Of a stretch of 64,000 bases of DNA, positions 49,699 through 62,147 are shown piece by piece. The notes beneath the pieces are model-generated. The model was not told the origin of the DNA, did no database searches, and saw only the letters and a list, made by a program, of their open reading frames with translations. The position numbers and the translations under genes were made by a program. Position 1 is the first letter of the stretch. Each line of letters begins with the position of its first letter. Origin of the DNA: Podarcis liolepis (taxonomy: Eukaryota); the NCBI GenBank assembly GCA_965112155.1, contig OZ218098.1; one strand, given 5' to 3'.

Positions 49699-52600
49699 CT
49701 GGATGGAAACAAAATTCCAGGGAGGGAAATAAGGAAACAATAATGCAAGTCAGTGTCCTGGAACACCCCAAAGGAAAGTTGTAAAAGACTCTGCAAGGAA
49801 CTGTTCGCACCAGGAAGAAAAAGGCTGACATCAGGTTGAGTAGAAATTCAGCTTCAGCACCACAAGTAAAAAGATGCAAGACAGGCAAACAGAAAGAGTT
49901 AGTTGTACTTTAGACCCACTGAAATCAACGGGAAATAAATTTTGAGGAACTAGTCCTATTGATTTCAGTGGGACTAAAAGCATTACTTACTTAGTCTGGA
50001 TCTAATCCATTCTTGTTAGTGTCCATTCTGGAGGGGCTGGAGATTCCAGCAGGCTGGTTTTCCCCCCAATTTGTAATACTTGCATCTTAACTATTTAATT
50101 ATTTACACAGCTTTATCAATGGCAACAACTTCTAAGTTTGTTTGCATAGATGAACAATGAATGAGATCTCTTTTGTTTGTTGTTTCGGGATTATGGTCAC
50201 ACAAATTTTCTACCCTGTTTAAAAACTGTAATACTACTATTTCCTTTTTTAAAAAAGCACTGGATGGTCATAGCAGCAGAGCAACATCATAGGAGCTAAC
50301 ATTGACTTACGTTTGCTAAGTATAGCAAACTATCCTGCAAAAGACCCATAGATAGTTTATACCCAAATTAGATGTGTTCATAACCTACTACTAATGCTCG
50401 CATTGTACCATTATAATACAATATTTTTTTTCTGGCATTGCCTGGGTGAAGAAAATAAAAATGTTTTAAAAACAGATACATCTTTATAAGTGTGTATTGA
50501 CAGTCCTGTCCATTAACTTAGTACTTAAGTCTTAAAGCACTGCAAACTAATTTAGGCTAGAAATCCAGCTACTTGCAATTAAACTGGCCTCTTTAGGATC
50601 CCAAATTATCTAATAATCTGATGCCAATTACCCTAAAATAAATGGCTGAACTATATTATTGTTTAGCAAGTATTATGCTGGGTTTAAGTAGCCAAGTCCT
50701 TATGAGAGTACAGCGAGTTGATAGATTTGATGGAAACTGGGCAACCATCAGTGTGTATGTAACACAATGTTATCTACTGTAAGTATGCCCCCATCCTTCA
50801 GAGATTGTTTTGAATAGACTTATTGCACAATTATTTGTGGTCCTAAAAACTGAAGTCTAGTAAGTTTGCAAAGCTAACTATCTCCCATTCTCTTTGTGAA
50901 ATTTTCCTTTTTGTATAGGAAATATACATACAGTTTGCTTAGTTTGTAGTTTTGTTCAATTTATATTCTATGCCTGCCATTTGTAACTGTGCTTTAAGGT
51001 TGTAAAAACTTCAAAAACAAAACAAGAAACCCACCACATAGTATCATGGTCAGACATTACTTTCCAAACCTGGCGTGAGAAGAAGCAAGGTCTTACAGCC
51101 CATTTATTATGCAAATTTATTCCATGTCAGTTCCACTTTGTTCATTTGGACTTACCTCCCAGCCATTAAGGCTTGTGTGAACCCACAATTTAGTACAATC
51201 TCCCTGCCTCCTCTGCAGTTAGAAAGTAGTTTGGCCAAACAGATCATGTTCGTCTGCCCCCAGGCTTTCTGGATCATTTCCCCAGGAACTCTGGTCCAGG
51301 TAAATGTGGCATTCAGCTGTGTTCAGCAGCACTTTCCTTGAGTTAATTTTATTTTTGTCCAACTACTTTTGCCCATTTTAAAAATAAAGTTCTAGCTCCA
51401 CTTCAGTCATCACATAATAGAATCACCATTGCTATCACTACTTCAATGGAAAAAATGAAGTTATGTTTCCAGTAGTCACAGAGCTAATCAAACATGAAGA
51501 CACACAGACTAATTAAACGAAGTGTCTTTTGCATTTGCAATTCCTGAGCAGGTTTTTGTCTAGAATTTTAGCTGGGGTACTAACCATTTTATTTTATTTT
51601 TGGCCTGAGGGACACATTCATCAATGGCCAAACCTCCAAGGGCTGCAAAACAATGGTGTGTGTGGCCACTCCGCATTCTCACATGCTCATAGACACACTA
51701 AGGCAAAAAGCTTCCCCTCAGCTAATCTATGCAGATCAGCTAAGAAAAGGGAGTTACCCCCGCCTCCCTGCTCATCAACTTGATGTCTGGGGGAGGGAAC
51801 AACTTGTATTCCCACCCGCATCTCTGTGCTGCGTCCTTGTCCTTTTTCTTTGCTTTTTTGCCATCACCAAAATTGGTGGGGTCTTGGGGGCATGATAAAA
51901 ATTTGCTTGGGGAGCCAGATCAAACGTCAATTTTGAGCAAGTCCAACTACAAAATAAGCTGGCTCTCCCCTTCTTACCATGTTTAACAAAGAATCAGGCC
52001 TTTTAAAATAAGGTTTACTTACTTTATAATCATGCATTGGTTCACAGCTACAGTAGCAGTAAAAATTATATAGGCAAAATACTTATCTTTACATTATAAC
52101 TAAAGCTGCATATATCTGCATCCAATGCTGGTCAAAGAAAGATGGAGGGGGGAACATATTATGTGTCCCTTCCTCTCCAGACAGGAGGGGAAATGACATC
52201 ACACAGAACCTCTCTACCAATTCTATTTCTATGATCTTAGCCCCTTCTCATGATAACTAACAAGAATATGTATTTGTTAGGTTTGGCTGCCAAATCTCCC
52301 ACAAAACACACCCCTGGTTTTCTGACACTCAATACCTGTGACTTCCAAGCATGCTTAGGGTGTTTTTTATTTTACCCCCATGGCCCATTTTTGGCTCCGC
52401 TTCTGTTAGCACTGACTATTTTAGTTTGCTGGTGTGGGGAATGGCATGCCATCTAAAGACTATCAACCCTCCTATGAAAATGCAGCATATGTGCAGTTCT
52501 CCTTTTAAATATGCATACTATTTTCTTTCTCTATTCATAGCATAGCATAGCATGTGTTATGGCTAGAGCATCCTTATGCTCTTATTTCACTTCTTGAGCA

Positions 52601-52819
52601 AATTTCTATCTCATCCTTCAGCACAAGAGCTCTGTGGCTGGCTAACAGCTCCCATTCTGAATAGCAAGTGGCAATATTTTGTAGCACCACAGCATACTTC
52701 ACTGAAAAAATTCAGGTTTAGCAACCTCAACAGCTTAACAATGCCATACTTTCTTTAAGTTATGGGCCTTTTTTCAAACTATTATTTTGACATATGGGTG
52801 TGTGACACAGTAACATATT

Positions 52820-53210
52820 TATATTTATTTAAAAGGTCTGTAAGGCAGCTTTATAGGCAAAAATGAATAATTATGAGATCAATATAAAAACACAATATGA
52901 CAATGATGAACCTAAAACACACATAACATAAATGAAATAGTGAAGACTAGCAGAAGCAGAAGTAGAAGAATACAATAAATCACAATCTCATTCACAAAAG
53001 GCTTGGGGGGGGGAAATAGTTTTTTTACTTGTTCCCTAAAAGATTAAAGAATGGGTGCCAAACAGGTGTTTCTGGGGAAGTGTTCCACTACCAGGGCAAG
53101 ACCCTATCCCCAGTTGCCACCTGCCTAACCTCTACAGGTAGGGTCACCAGGAGCAGAGGTCTCAGACGATGATCTCAGTGAGTGGGCAGGTTCATATGGG
53201 AGAAGACATC
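52820..53210 (-). mobile_element. Degenerate L2 LINE 3' fragment
   Basis: tttatttattt tail, A-rich segment and ggggaagtgttccac...gatgatctcag...ggcaggttcatatgggagaag, as recalled for squamate L2 ends. Confidence 0.5.
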
Positions 53211-53328
53211 TGGGATGGGTCACTAATCCATATGGTGTAATGAATCCTTCAAAAGAAAACACAAGAGCTCTGAGCCAAAAAAAAAAAAAAAGTCTCATAG
53301 AAGTTCAGGGATGGGGAACGACTCTCAC

Positions 53329-53472
53329 CGCTCCTCTCTGCTTTGTCCGACACAGACCCTGCCTCCGTATCGCGGAGCAGGGTTGCTGCACGACCTCTGA
53401 CGGACCTGAAAGCCAATCCCACAGGAAGTGCTGCAGGGGGCCCAGGACGACCATGGTGTCCAAGCTCCATTC
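53329..53472 (-). CDS. SEMA5B: SEMA5B coding exon (TSP1 repeat)
   Basis: tgtcAG acceptor and CG|GTGAGA donor. Translates (R)NGAWTPWSSWAPCSTSCGIGFQVRQRSCSNPAPRYGGRVCVGQSREE(R), with WxxWxxW and CSxSCG motifs. 144 nt, phase 2-2. Confidence 0.95.
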
Positions 53473-55795
53473 CTGACAGAGGGGAGGGGGAAGGAAGAAA
53501 GATAAAACATGGCATCTGGGTTAATTCTTTTTTTTTTCAACTTTAACGCTAAGTTCAACACTGCTGGCTCTGGAGTACCAACAGGTTGCAGAGACTGACT
53601 AGCAGTACGAAGCACGCTTCCATAGAGGTTAGCCCAAGAAAAAGACAGAGATTAGGGTTAGAATTCTGCATGTGCTTTTTTTTTTTAGTCTTCCCCAACT
53701 TTTAAATTTGAACAAACAAAATCCATGGCAATTTCATGTTGAACAGATTTAAGCCTATGCTAAACATAATAGGGGCAGGCGAGGGTTTCATTTTTATACC
53801 CTCCATTACTCATAAATTTGCAAAGTTTTGTATCATTTCTTGAGTTCCTTATGAAACCTTTTTTTTAAAAAAAAAAAAGATGTCATGGTGTTGTAGAAAA
53901 ACCTGCAGAATCAAATATGCTGGAAGGGGGAGAATTACAAAGGGTTGGGCATAAGAGATGAAAAATGCCCTGACCTCACTTAGGCAACTTCAGAAGCAGT
54001 ATTTGCTGCACATAATAAAGCTTTATAAGCACCGAATCATTTATTTATTGTATTCTAAAGGCTCAGAATGCATTACATTTTTAAAAAACAACAATGAGAA
54101 ACTAAAAAATAGACATACTGTAATTGCATAAAATAAAATAAAAAACACAAGCAGTTTAAAACCTCAGTTAGTATTTCCTTAAGCATAAAGACAAGACAAT
54201 TTATTTTTACGGACATTTGAAGATTCAGGGAACACTCTTAGGATTAATAGAGCATTCTATTGGTGGACCTGGAATATGACAAAACAGACTGCTAAACCAT
54301 CTGTGAGGTGCTATTTCTCAAGAAACTTTCCTCCAATTTCAGGTGTTCTCCTTGCCCAATACTTGTTCAAATTTCTCTCATTTTACATTTGCCTTTTAGC
54401 TCACAGAACCCTAGATTTCCAAACGATGTGTTAATCTCAGGGCCCATTTAATAAAGGAAAGACAGGTACTGTGGTGGTCAATTATTTTGAAAATTATTGG
54501 AACATATTCTTCTTTCTTAGAGTAAGTATGTGTCTTTCCTTAGAAATGCAGAGTCGCAACAGAAAAGACATTTCAGGGGCAGTTATACCCCCTCCTCATC
54601 CAACTCCAAATAATTGTTATTCTACCAAATGTAGTTTCCTTTTTGCCATCACACACTCCTGCTTTTCACCTCAGTGGCCCTGACCAAGTGACAGAGCAAC
54701 TATTTTCTACAGTTCATTCTCAAGTCCATATCACATGCTGTCCTGTTTCTTGTGGTCCTGAAAGTTGAGCTGAGAACAGATGTGTTGATTTTCCAAGAAT
54801 TGACTGAATTAATAAAAGTGTTTGGCAGCCAGTGGGTACCTGGCTAGGCACCAGCTGCAGCATGAAGCTTAAATTAAAACCTGCGTAGCCTTCATGGTTT
54901 TCAAGTCCGTTATCAACTCTCCCATTCTCTTGGCACTGTTCTCTTTTCTTTCATAAGAAGGTGAGGAAATAAAAAAGGTCTTCCATACAAACTGTGATAT
55001 AACCCATGTTTTGCCTTTTGTTTCCTTGACCATCTAAGAAAGACATGGTACCCAAAACTTAAAATATGTGATTACAATAAATGAATAAATGCTTTCTATC
55101 ACACCCCTGAAAGTGGGTAGGGGGAAGCCACAGAAATCAAAACCACCAGTATCCAAAACTCAACTAAGTAATATATTTCTAAAATCATTCCATGTTTTGT
55201 GTGTAGTTTTAAACCCTTTTAAAATCATCCATCCATATAGCAAAACATTTGATTAGCCAAATGTTTTGGATAGTTGCCATGTCATTTGGATAAATGAAGT
55301 TCTACTGTATATGCACATATTTTGTTTTGAAGATTAAGATTTTTAAAGGAGGAAGTCTCAATTTATATTCAAAGTGTAGACAATCTTCAAGAAGGTTTTC
55401 ATCAGCACTGTGGCATTTGCAATCTTATATCTTATTTATAACTAAAACTCTTATTTAAACTTTGTAATGAAAGCCTCGCAATGCCATACGAAGACAGTTA
55501 AAATTGAAATACTAGACCTGCAATGAGTGTAAGATGATCATATGGCTGTATTTCTTAACAGTCACTGAATTTTAACACTGAATGCATTTCTCATCCACTT
55601 CCTACAGGCTAATCTTGTGGTATCCCACACTTTTAGAGATCATGTTGTTGGCAATGATTAAATGATTGCATCAGCTGCCTTATGTCTCTTGCAGGCTAGA
55701 GGATGCTCCACGTGGTAGAATTCTACCAGCTGTAAGAATGGCTGATCAAGAGCATAGAAAATGTAGAAGAAGACTGACCCACAAAGGCCCACATG

Positions 55796-55945
55796 CTTGC
55801 ACTGGTATGCCTTCAAATTGCTAGGTTGGCAGAAGCTGGGACAGAGCAACAGGAGCTCACCCCATCGTGTGGATTCGAACCGCTGACCTTCTGATAGGCA
55901 AGCCCAAGAGACTCTGTGGTTTAGACCACAGCAGCATCCGCATCC
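55796..55945 (-). mobile_element. Sauria SINE 5' fragment
   Basis: The reverse complement aligns by eye to the first 150 nt or so of 60048-60394, including the B box. Confidence 0.85.
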
Positions 55946-56335
55946 AGCAAACACAGATAGTAGTTGCTACACAGAAGTGTCTACACAAGCCTGAAGAAAA
56001 AAGACAGACTAAATCCCGCCAGGTGTGACAGATAAGATGGTCAAATTGCACAATGGCATCCCTACAGCTTACAGTGTGTGTGCATGTATTTAGGTCTCCC
56101 CAAAATAGTTTCTCCTAATCTAAAATGGATATGAATGCAAAATGGTCAATAAAGATATGTGATGGGGACCGTGAAAGTGGGAGAAAAACACACATGCAAC
56201 GTGGTAATGATGACATTGATTCAGGGAGCACAACAGATGCGAAAGCTAGCTCTCAGTGATCCACAGCAAACAAAAGGGCTGCCAGTTGAACTCAGCAAGC
56301 TACACAATATCAGTTGTATTAACAAGAAAAGGCTG

Positions 56336-56387
56336 AAGCTGCCCAGAGTGGCTGGGGCAACCCAGTCAGGTGGGCAGGGTACAAATA

Positions 56388-56423
<36 letters not shown>
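56336..56423 (+). repeat. LINE 3' stem-loop remnant with (TAG)12 microsatellite tail
   Basis: gctgcccagagtggctggggcaacccagtcaggtgggcagggtacaaata followed by 12 TAG units (56388-56423). Confidence 0.7.
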
Positions 56424-56425
<2 letters not shown>

Positions 56426-56575
56426 ATGCTAATAATAAATGACCGCATTATTATTATTACTATTATCATTTATTTATGCCAAGCTTTAAATGATCAGCCA
56501 TACATTTTTTTAAAAGATTGTTTATATTGCTTTCACTTGCTTCAGTATTTAAACAGTGTTAGGACTCCCATCTGT

Positions 56576-56621
56576 TAAGAGGGAACTATCAGAAGATGTA
56601 AGAGGGAACTATCAGAAGATG
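56576..56621 (+). repeat. Perfect 23-bp tandem duplication
   Basis: TAAGAGGGAACTATCAGAAGATG occurs twice in tandem. Confidence 0.9.
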
Positions 56622-56804
56622 CAAAGCGTAACAATTAATTAATTATGTTTTTATAATTTAGTTGTACCGCAGGCAATGTGATATATTACTTTAATGAAGT
56701 TAATGCAACTTTCTTGGTCAAACAGAGCAAAACTACGTGAACTCCTGCAACTTGAGGTGGGGGCAGGGCAAGATAAATCTATCCTTTTATAATGTTTTAT
56801 ATCT

Positions 56805-56940
56805 GTGCTGGGGAATCTGTGGCCCTTCATATGATGTTGGGACTCCAGCTCCCATCGGCCCAAGGTGACCTGGCCAATGGTGAGGGCCGATGAGTGTGGC
56901 AGTCGACCAACATGGGGAGGACTGCTTGTCCCCATTACTG
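56805..56940. mobile_element. Degenerate palindromic hAT MITE
   Basis: Contains gatgttgggactccagctcccatc...gatgagtgtggcagtcgaccaacat, a decayed version of the 18.8/61.6 kb MITE core. Confidence 0.55.
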
Positions 56941-57173
56941 GTTTATCTGTAACAGTTTGGAAGTGTGAGGTACATAATGAATATACTAGCTAGATGCCCA
57001 CAAGCCAGATATGTTCTGTGGCAATTGCTATTCTGATCACTGCTATCACAATTGACTGGAAGAACCCTTGTAGGATGAGGGGTGATTCTATAATTCGGAC
57101 TCGTAATGGGGGGTGTTATGGGGGAGAACCAAGGGTGGCATTTATTCCAGATTAATTACTCCAAGCTATAAGT

Positions 57174-57428
57174 TACAGATAGGTAGCCGTGTTGGTCTGC
57201 CATAGTCAAAATAAAAAAATTCCTTCCAGTAGCACCTTAAAGACCAACTAAGTTCTTGGTATGAGCTTTCGTGTGCATGCACACTTCTTCAGATACACTG
57301 AAACAGAAGTTGCCAGATCCTTCTATATAGTGAGAAGGTGGGGAGGGGTATTACTCAGAAGGGTGGTGGGAATGGGAGATTGGCAGATAGCTGTGTTGGT
57401 GAGGATCTGTTCTTGGATGTGTGGGGGT
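57174..57428. mobile_element. Penelope-like element terminal fragment
   Basis: taggtagccgtgttggtctg...gtagcaccttaaagaccaac...atgagctttcgtg...cacttcttcagat resembles reptilian Penelope ends from recall. Flanked by a perfect 10-bp direct repeat AGCTATAAGT (57164-57173, 57429-57438). Confidence 0.7.
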
Positions 57429-57544
57429 AGCTATAAGTGAGACTTTGAAAATGATTTGTTTGCCAATACTTTCACAGTGTCAGGTTTCCTAGTAAACTCA
57501 CTTGGTATTTGATAAATCCCTCCAGTGACACGATATTATTTTTT

Positions 57545-57705
57545 TTATGCTTCTATCCCTGCCCTTCCTCCAATGAAACGAGGGCAGTATACTTGGCTTT
57601 CCTCTTTTATCCTCACAGCAACCCTAAGAGGTAGACAAGGCTGAGAAATAGTGGCCTCAACCATCCCAGTGAGTTTCACCCCTGTGTGGGGATTTGAACT
57701 AGTGC
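57545..57705 (-). mobile_element. CORE/MIR-like SINE remnant
   Basis: ttttatcctcacagcaaccctaagaggtag...ggctgaga...ggggatttgaact contains the MIR-core-like motif and a reverse-complement B box. Confidence 0.55.
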
Positions 57706-57894
57706 TCTATACAGCAGAATATTTAAGTTGTAGCAACATTGCTTCTTTTCCTGTAACCCCTGCTTCCTCATTTTAAGTGACTTTTGAGCTCTATAGGTGA
57801 GTTTGACCAAGAAAGAGGCAATAACAGTAGACAGATGAAAGGAATAACTTTTCACCCTTCCTGCATATACAAGACATAAAAGACGTTCAGGTAC

Positions 57895-58076
57895 CTTGAG
57901 CAATTTGCAATCTCTATCCTGGCTCCTTCACAGTCACGTCCACCACACTGAGGCTGAGGGCTGTTACACAACCGCGATCTGCACATGCAGGAGCCTGTGC
58001 TGTCACCATCCGAGTGTTCACATGGTTGCCACGGAGACCAGGCCCCCAACTGGCCATCCACCATCAGATTTTTCAC
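57895..58076 (-). CDS. SEMA5B: SEMA5B coding exon (TSP1-like repeat following the PSI domain)
   Basis: ttAG|GTG acceptor and AG|GTACCT donor. Translates VKNLMVDGQLGAWSPWQPCEHSDGDSTGSCMCRSRLCNSPQPQCGGRDCEGARIEIANCS(R). 182 nt, phase 0-2. Confidence 0.93.
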
Positions 58077-58941
58077 CTAATTTAAATAAAGAGAAGTCAT
58101 CACGGCGAGTCTGTGCATCGTAAGTTGCCCATGAGGGCAAAGTTGCAGTCGAGGCAAGGAGATGTGTGAGAATCTTTCCTACCCCTCTCTAGAAAAACAC
58201 AATGTCAGTACTCCCTCACAATTCCACGCTGAATACTGCAGGCAGATACTCATATTTAGCATAACATAAACTAAGGAATGAGCCCTCACTACCAGGGCCA
58301 GCCCTACCATTAAACAGAGGAAGGCTATTCCTGCCTCAGGCAGGAGATGCTGAGGGATGGGCTGTAAGGTGGAACAAGGGACAGAGTTGTGTGTGCTTTG
58401 TGTCCTGCTCTGTACATCCCTAAACTAGCCCACCACCCTCAGGTGTAGCAGAGAATGCAGTCCTGTTGCCAAATTGAAAGTAACATTCAACTCATTCATT
58501 CAGTCAATCAGATTCTGCATGTGAAAGGGAGAGGGTACAAGCTTGTCCCCTGCCTGAGGCAGCAAAATTTCTTAGGCCAACCAAGTTCACTACACAGTCA
58601 CTGTGTGTGCAGTACCCTAGATATAAGTAAATAAATATCCAATGAGAACAGAAGACTTAAATGAACTGCACATGTTCTTAAGGTCCGATTCTGAACTCTT
58701 CATTTCAGCTGAAATGTAAAAAGCAGTGGCAACCATTTCAGTTTGTGGCTTCCACATTTCAAATCAGCATCATTTTGACCACAGTGCTACATGTGTGTTA
58801 TACCAAAGTGCTTCATCTGTGCTAGATAACTTCCACTACTCCCACAGTGCACCCCTGTGTGATGCTGTCTGCACACAATATGAAGGTAAAAAGGATTTGA
58901 TTTTGGAGATCCACACATTCCTCTTAGAAGAAGCTTTTACC

Positions 58942-59268
58942 CAGGGGCGGGCAACCTAAGGCCTGGGGCCCAAATGCGGCCCAATTGCCTTCTCAATCCA
59001 GCCCGTAGACAGTCCGGGAATCAGCGTGTTTTTACATGAGTAGAATGTGTCCTTTTATTTAAAATGCATCTCTGGGTTATTTGTAGGACCTGCCTGGTGT
59101 TTTTACATGAGTAGAATGTGTGCTTTTATTTAAAATGCATCTCTGGGTTATTTGTGGGGCATAGGAATTCATTCATTCCCCCCCCCCAAAAAAAAAAATA
59201 GTCCGGCCCACCACATGGTCCGAGAGACGGTGGACTGGCCCTCGGCTGAAAAAGGTTGCTGACCCCTG
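58942..59268. mobile_element. Non-autonomous hAT (Charlie group, OposCharlie1/OC1-like)
   Basis: CAGGGG...CCCCTG termini with perfect 8-bp TSD CTTTTACC. Contains an internal tandem duplication of about 70 nt (gtgtttttacatgagtagaatgtgt...gggttatttgt). The 3' end (cataggaatt...atagtccggccc...actggccc...aaaaggttgctgacccctg) resembles OC1-type elements from recall. Confidence 0.88.
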
Positions 59269-60047
59269 CTTTTACCTCTCAGGGGAAATAGCACCATCCA
59301 CAGTTGAAGCAGCAAAGCAAAGCTAGAGGGGCACTTGCCCGCAGACCAGCTCGTCAGCTGCCACTAATAGTTGTACATGTTTATTTTTGTAGAGAGGCAG
59401 TTTCTCCATCTCACAAGAGAATCAAAACACTATACCTCTTACCCGAGGCAACTCCAAAAACACACAATGAATTAGTAAGGCATTTAGGTTTACAAATCAT
59501 AAGTTTCTATCTCCAACTTCTCCGCTCCTCTCTCTTTCTGGCACAGTTAAGCACTCCCTTGGCTCTTCCTATAAGCAGCCGCCACCCCCATCTCAAGACT
59601 ATGAGAACTGACATGGAAGTAATTTAGGTCTGTCGTTATGCTCATCACACTGTAGTCAGAGGACTTTAAACATCTGTTGCAAAGCTTTGTTTTCACCACA
59701 CTCTAATTCAGCAGTACACAAACAATAAGCACCATGGGGGAGTCTTGTGCTGAGATTTCTGCGCTCTGGATAATGCTCAGCTGGACTACTTGGCTTAGTT
59801 AGGAACATCACATATTTAAGCAAGATGAAGACAAACTGGGCAAGATTAATAGCAGAAAGATGACACGATTAAATGCTGAAGAAGCACATACTTTTCTTCT
59901 TCTTCTTCTCTGGCACAGAGGAGGATGCTAGGAGGGAAAGCCTTATTGCAGCCCTAACCCTCCCATCTCAGCTAACTTGTCCTTCCTGTAATTAATCGGA
60001 GATGGTGCTGGCTGCCCATTTAAAGGCTGTATTAAGAGGGGAATTTT

Positions 60048-60394
60048 GGGACGCGGGTGGTGCTGTGGGTTAAACCACAGAGCCTAGGACTTGCCAATCA
60101 GAAGGTTGGCGGTTCGAATCCCCGTGACAGGGTGAGCGCCCGTTGCTCGGTCCCTGCTCCTGCCAACCTAGCAGTTTGAAAGCATGTCGAAGTGCAAGTA
60201 GATAAATAGGTACCGCTCTGGCAGGATGGTAAACAGTGTTTCCGTGTGCTGCTCTGGTTCGCCAGAAGCGACTTAGTCATGCTGGCCACATGATCCGGAA
60301 GCTCTATGCCGGCTCCCTCGGCCAATAAAGCGAGATGAACGCCGCAACCCCAGAGTCGGTCACGACTGGACCTAATGGTCAGGGGTCCCTTTAC
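60048..60394 (+). mobile_element. Full-length Sauria SINE
   Basis: tRNA-related head with A-box-like TGGTGCTGTGGG and B box GGTTCGAATCC, the typical body AGTGCAAGTAGATAAATAGGTACCGCT, and a CCTTTAC tail. 12-bp TSD GAGGGGAATTTT / GAGGGAAATTTT. Confidence 0.93.
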
Positions 60395-60705
60395 GAGGGA
60401 AATTTTAGCAAGTTCATAGATCATAGGTCTTACTACTCAGTGACAATATGCTACCTCCAGTTTCAGAGGCAGCACACCACTGAATACCAGTTCCTGGGAG
60501 ATCAGATGAGGAGGGCAATTACTTTCAGGCTCTGCTTGTGGGGTTTTCAACAACCATCATGCTGGCCACTGTGGGAAGCAAGATTCTGGGCTAAGTGAAC
60601 TCTTGGTCTAAACCAGAAGGGCTCTTCTTTTTGTTCTCAGAAAATAAGCAGGTCGGAATTAATAAAGTAATAGAGAAGTGTCCTGTGTAATTTAGCCCTC
60701 TTCTA

Positions 60706-61073
60706 GGGTGGCGCTGTGGGTGGGTGGCGCTGTGGGTAAAACCTCAGTGCCTAGGACTTGCCGATCGTATGGTCGGTGGTTCGAATCCCCGCAGTGGGGT
60801 GAGCTCCCATCATTCGGTCCCAGCTCCTGCCCACCTAGCAGTTTGAAAGCACTCTTAAGTGCAAGTAGATAAATAGGGACCGCTTTATAGCGGGAAGGTA
60901 ATCGGCGTTTCGGTGTGCTGCTCTGGTTCGCCAGCTGCAGCTTCGTCACGCTGGCCACATGGCCCGGAAGTGTCTTCAGACGGCGCCGGCTCACGGCCTC
61001 TAGAGTGAGATGAGCACACAACCCTAGAGTCGGACACGACTGGCCCGTACGGGCAGGGGTACCTTTACCTTTA
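60706..61073 (+). mobile_element. Sauria SINE (second copy)
   Basis: Homologous to 60048-60394, with B box GGTTCGAATCC and an (ACCTTT)n tail. The 5' end carries a tandem duplication of GGGTGGCGCTGTGGGT. Confidence 0.92.
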
Positions 61074-61627
61074 AACTTGTGAACTTTCATGTGTAGAGAA
61101 GCTTCTGATTTTCCTATGTTTGGGATTTTTCACCAGATTTTAGCAGGTCCAATTTACTCTCCTGGTTATGGATCACTCCATACCTTCTGTTATTTTTTCC
61201 AGCTTGCATTTCTTGAATTGGAAGGGATGATCAGTGCACAAGTAGCAGCAGTGGTAGTTTTGTTTTAAAGAAAAGCTTATTTACTGGTCTTTGAAATCTA
61301 TTGTGATAAACGTATGACAACCTGTGCACGTCACACTTTTTCTGCAATCAAGAGAAACTGACAGGGCTTCTAGGGGCCTTGCCAATTTCACCACTATCAT
61401 TTGTATATACACATGCACACCTGAAGTGTTGTGGCATGCACCTGTGGTGGTGCAAGAACATGACCTTTTGAAGAAACAAAGTGCTATTTGTCTTGGAAGG
61501 CTGTTTGGGCAAGGGAGGTGACCCAGCTGCTTCCTTGAGGCCGACAACAACCAATGAGCCTGTCACCACAAACAAGAGAAGGAGATCCATGCATGGAAGA
61601 AGGATTTTGTCTGTATATCATTTATTG

Positions 61628-61746
61628 CAGGCATAGGCAAACTCGGTCCTCCAGATGTTTTGGGACTACAACTCCCATCATCCCTAGCTAACAAGATCAG
61701 TGTTGTAGTCCCAAAACATCTTTAGAGCCGAGTTTGCCTATGCCTG
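61628..61746. mobile_element. Palindromic hAT MITE, same family as 18825-18960
   Basis: Same TIRs, perfect 8-bp TSD ATTTATTG on both sides, and a small internal deletion relative to the 18.8 kb copy. Confidence 0.92.
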
Positions 61747-62147
61747 ATTTATTGGATCAAGAACCGTCAAATGTAAATTAGCGGCACATAAATCTCAAAC
61801 ACCAACGTGGCGCTTCAGAGTCATTGATATATGAGCACATATGTGAGAAAGCCACTCAAAATATTACAGCAGGAGGCTTTGTAGTATAGTATTTATTGGC
61901 ACTATTAGAAGTACTTGAACCAATCCTGTCATGCGACTAGGTAGACAAAGCTATAGCACACCTCCAATCAACTTATTTGTGGCAAGGCAAATAAGTTACT
62001 TGTGCACATTATTACATATTAACACCATGTTTTCAATTTCTCCTAAATTCAGCAATCTGTTTTAACAAGGAGAGAAGAGACAGAGGGCTGGAATTCATGG
62101 GATGAGGTGGATTGTGGGACAGGAAGGAACACAGGAGTCAGACCACC

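Noticed and set aside
56159-56578. 139-aa ORF with poly-Val (and antisense poly-Thr)
   Set aside because: Artefact of the (TAG)n microsatellite and LINE tail.
59026-59156. Direct repeats that might suggest a CRISPR-like array
   Set aside because: Only two units with no spacer series, inside a hAT MITE in a vertebrate intron.
60048-61090. tRNA-like A/B boxes and 108/132-aa ORFs
   Set aside because: These are Sauria SINE heads and bodies, not tRNA genes (no cloverleaf) or proteins.
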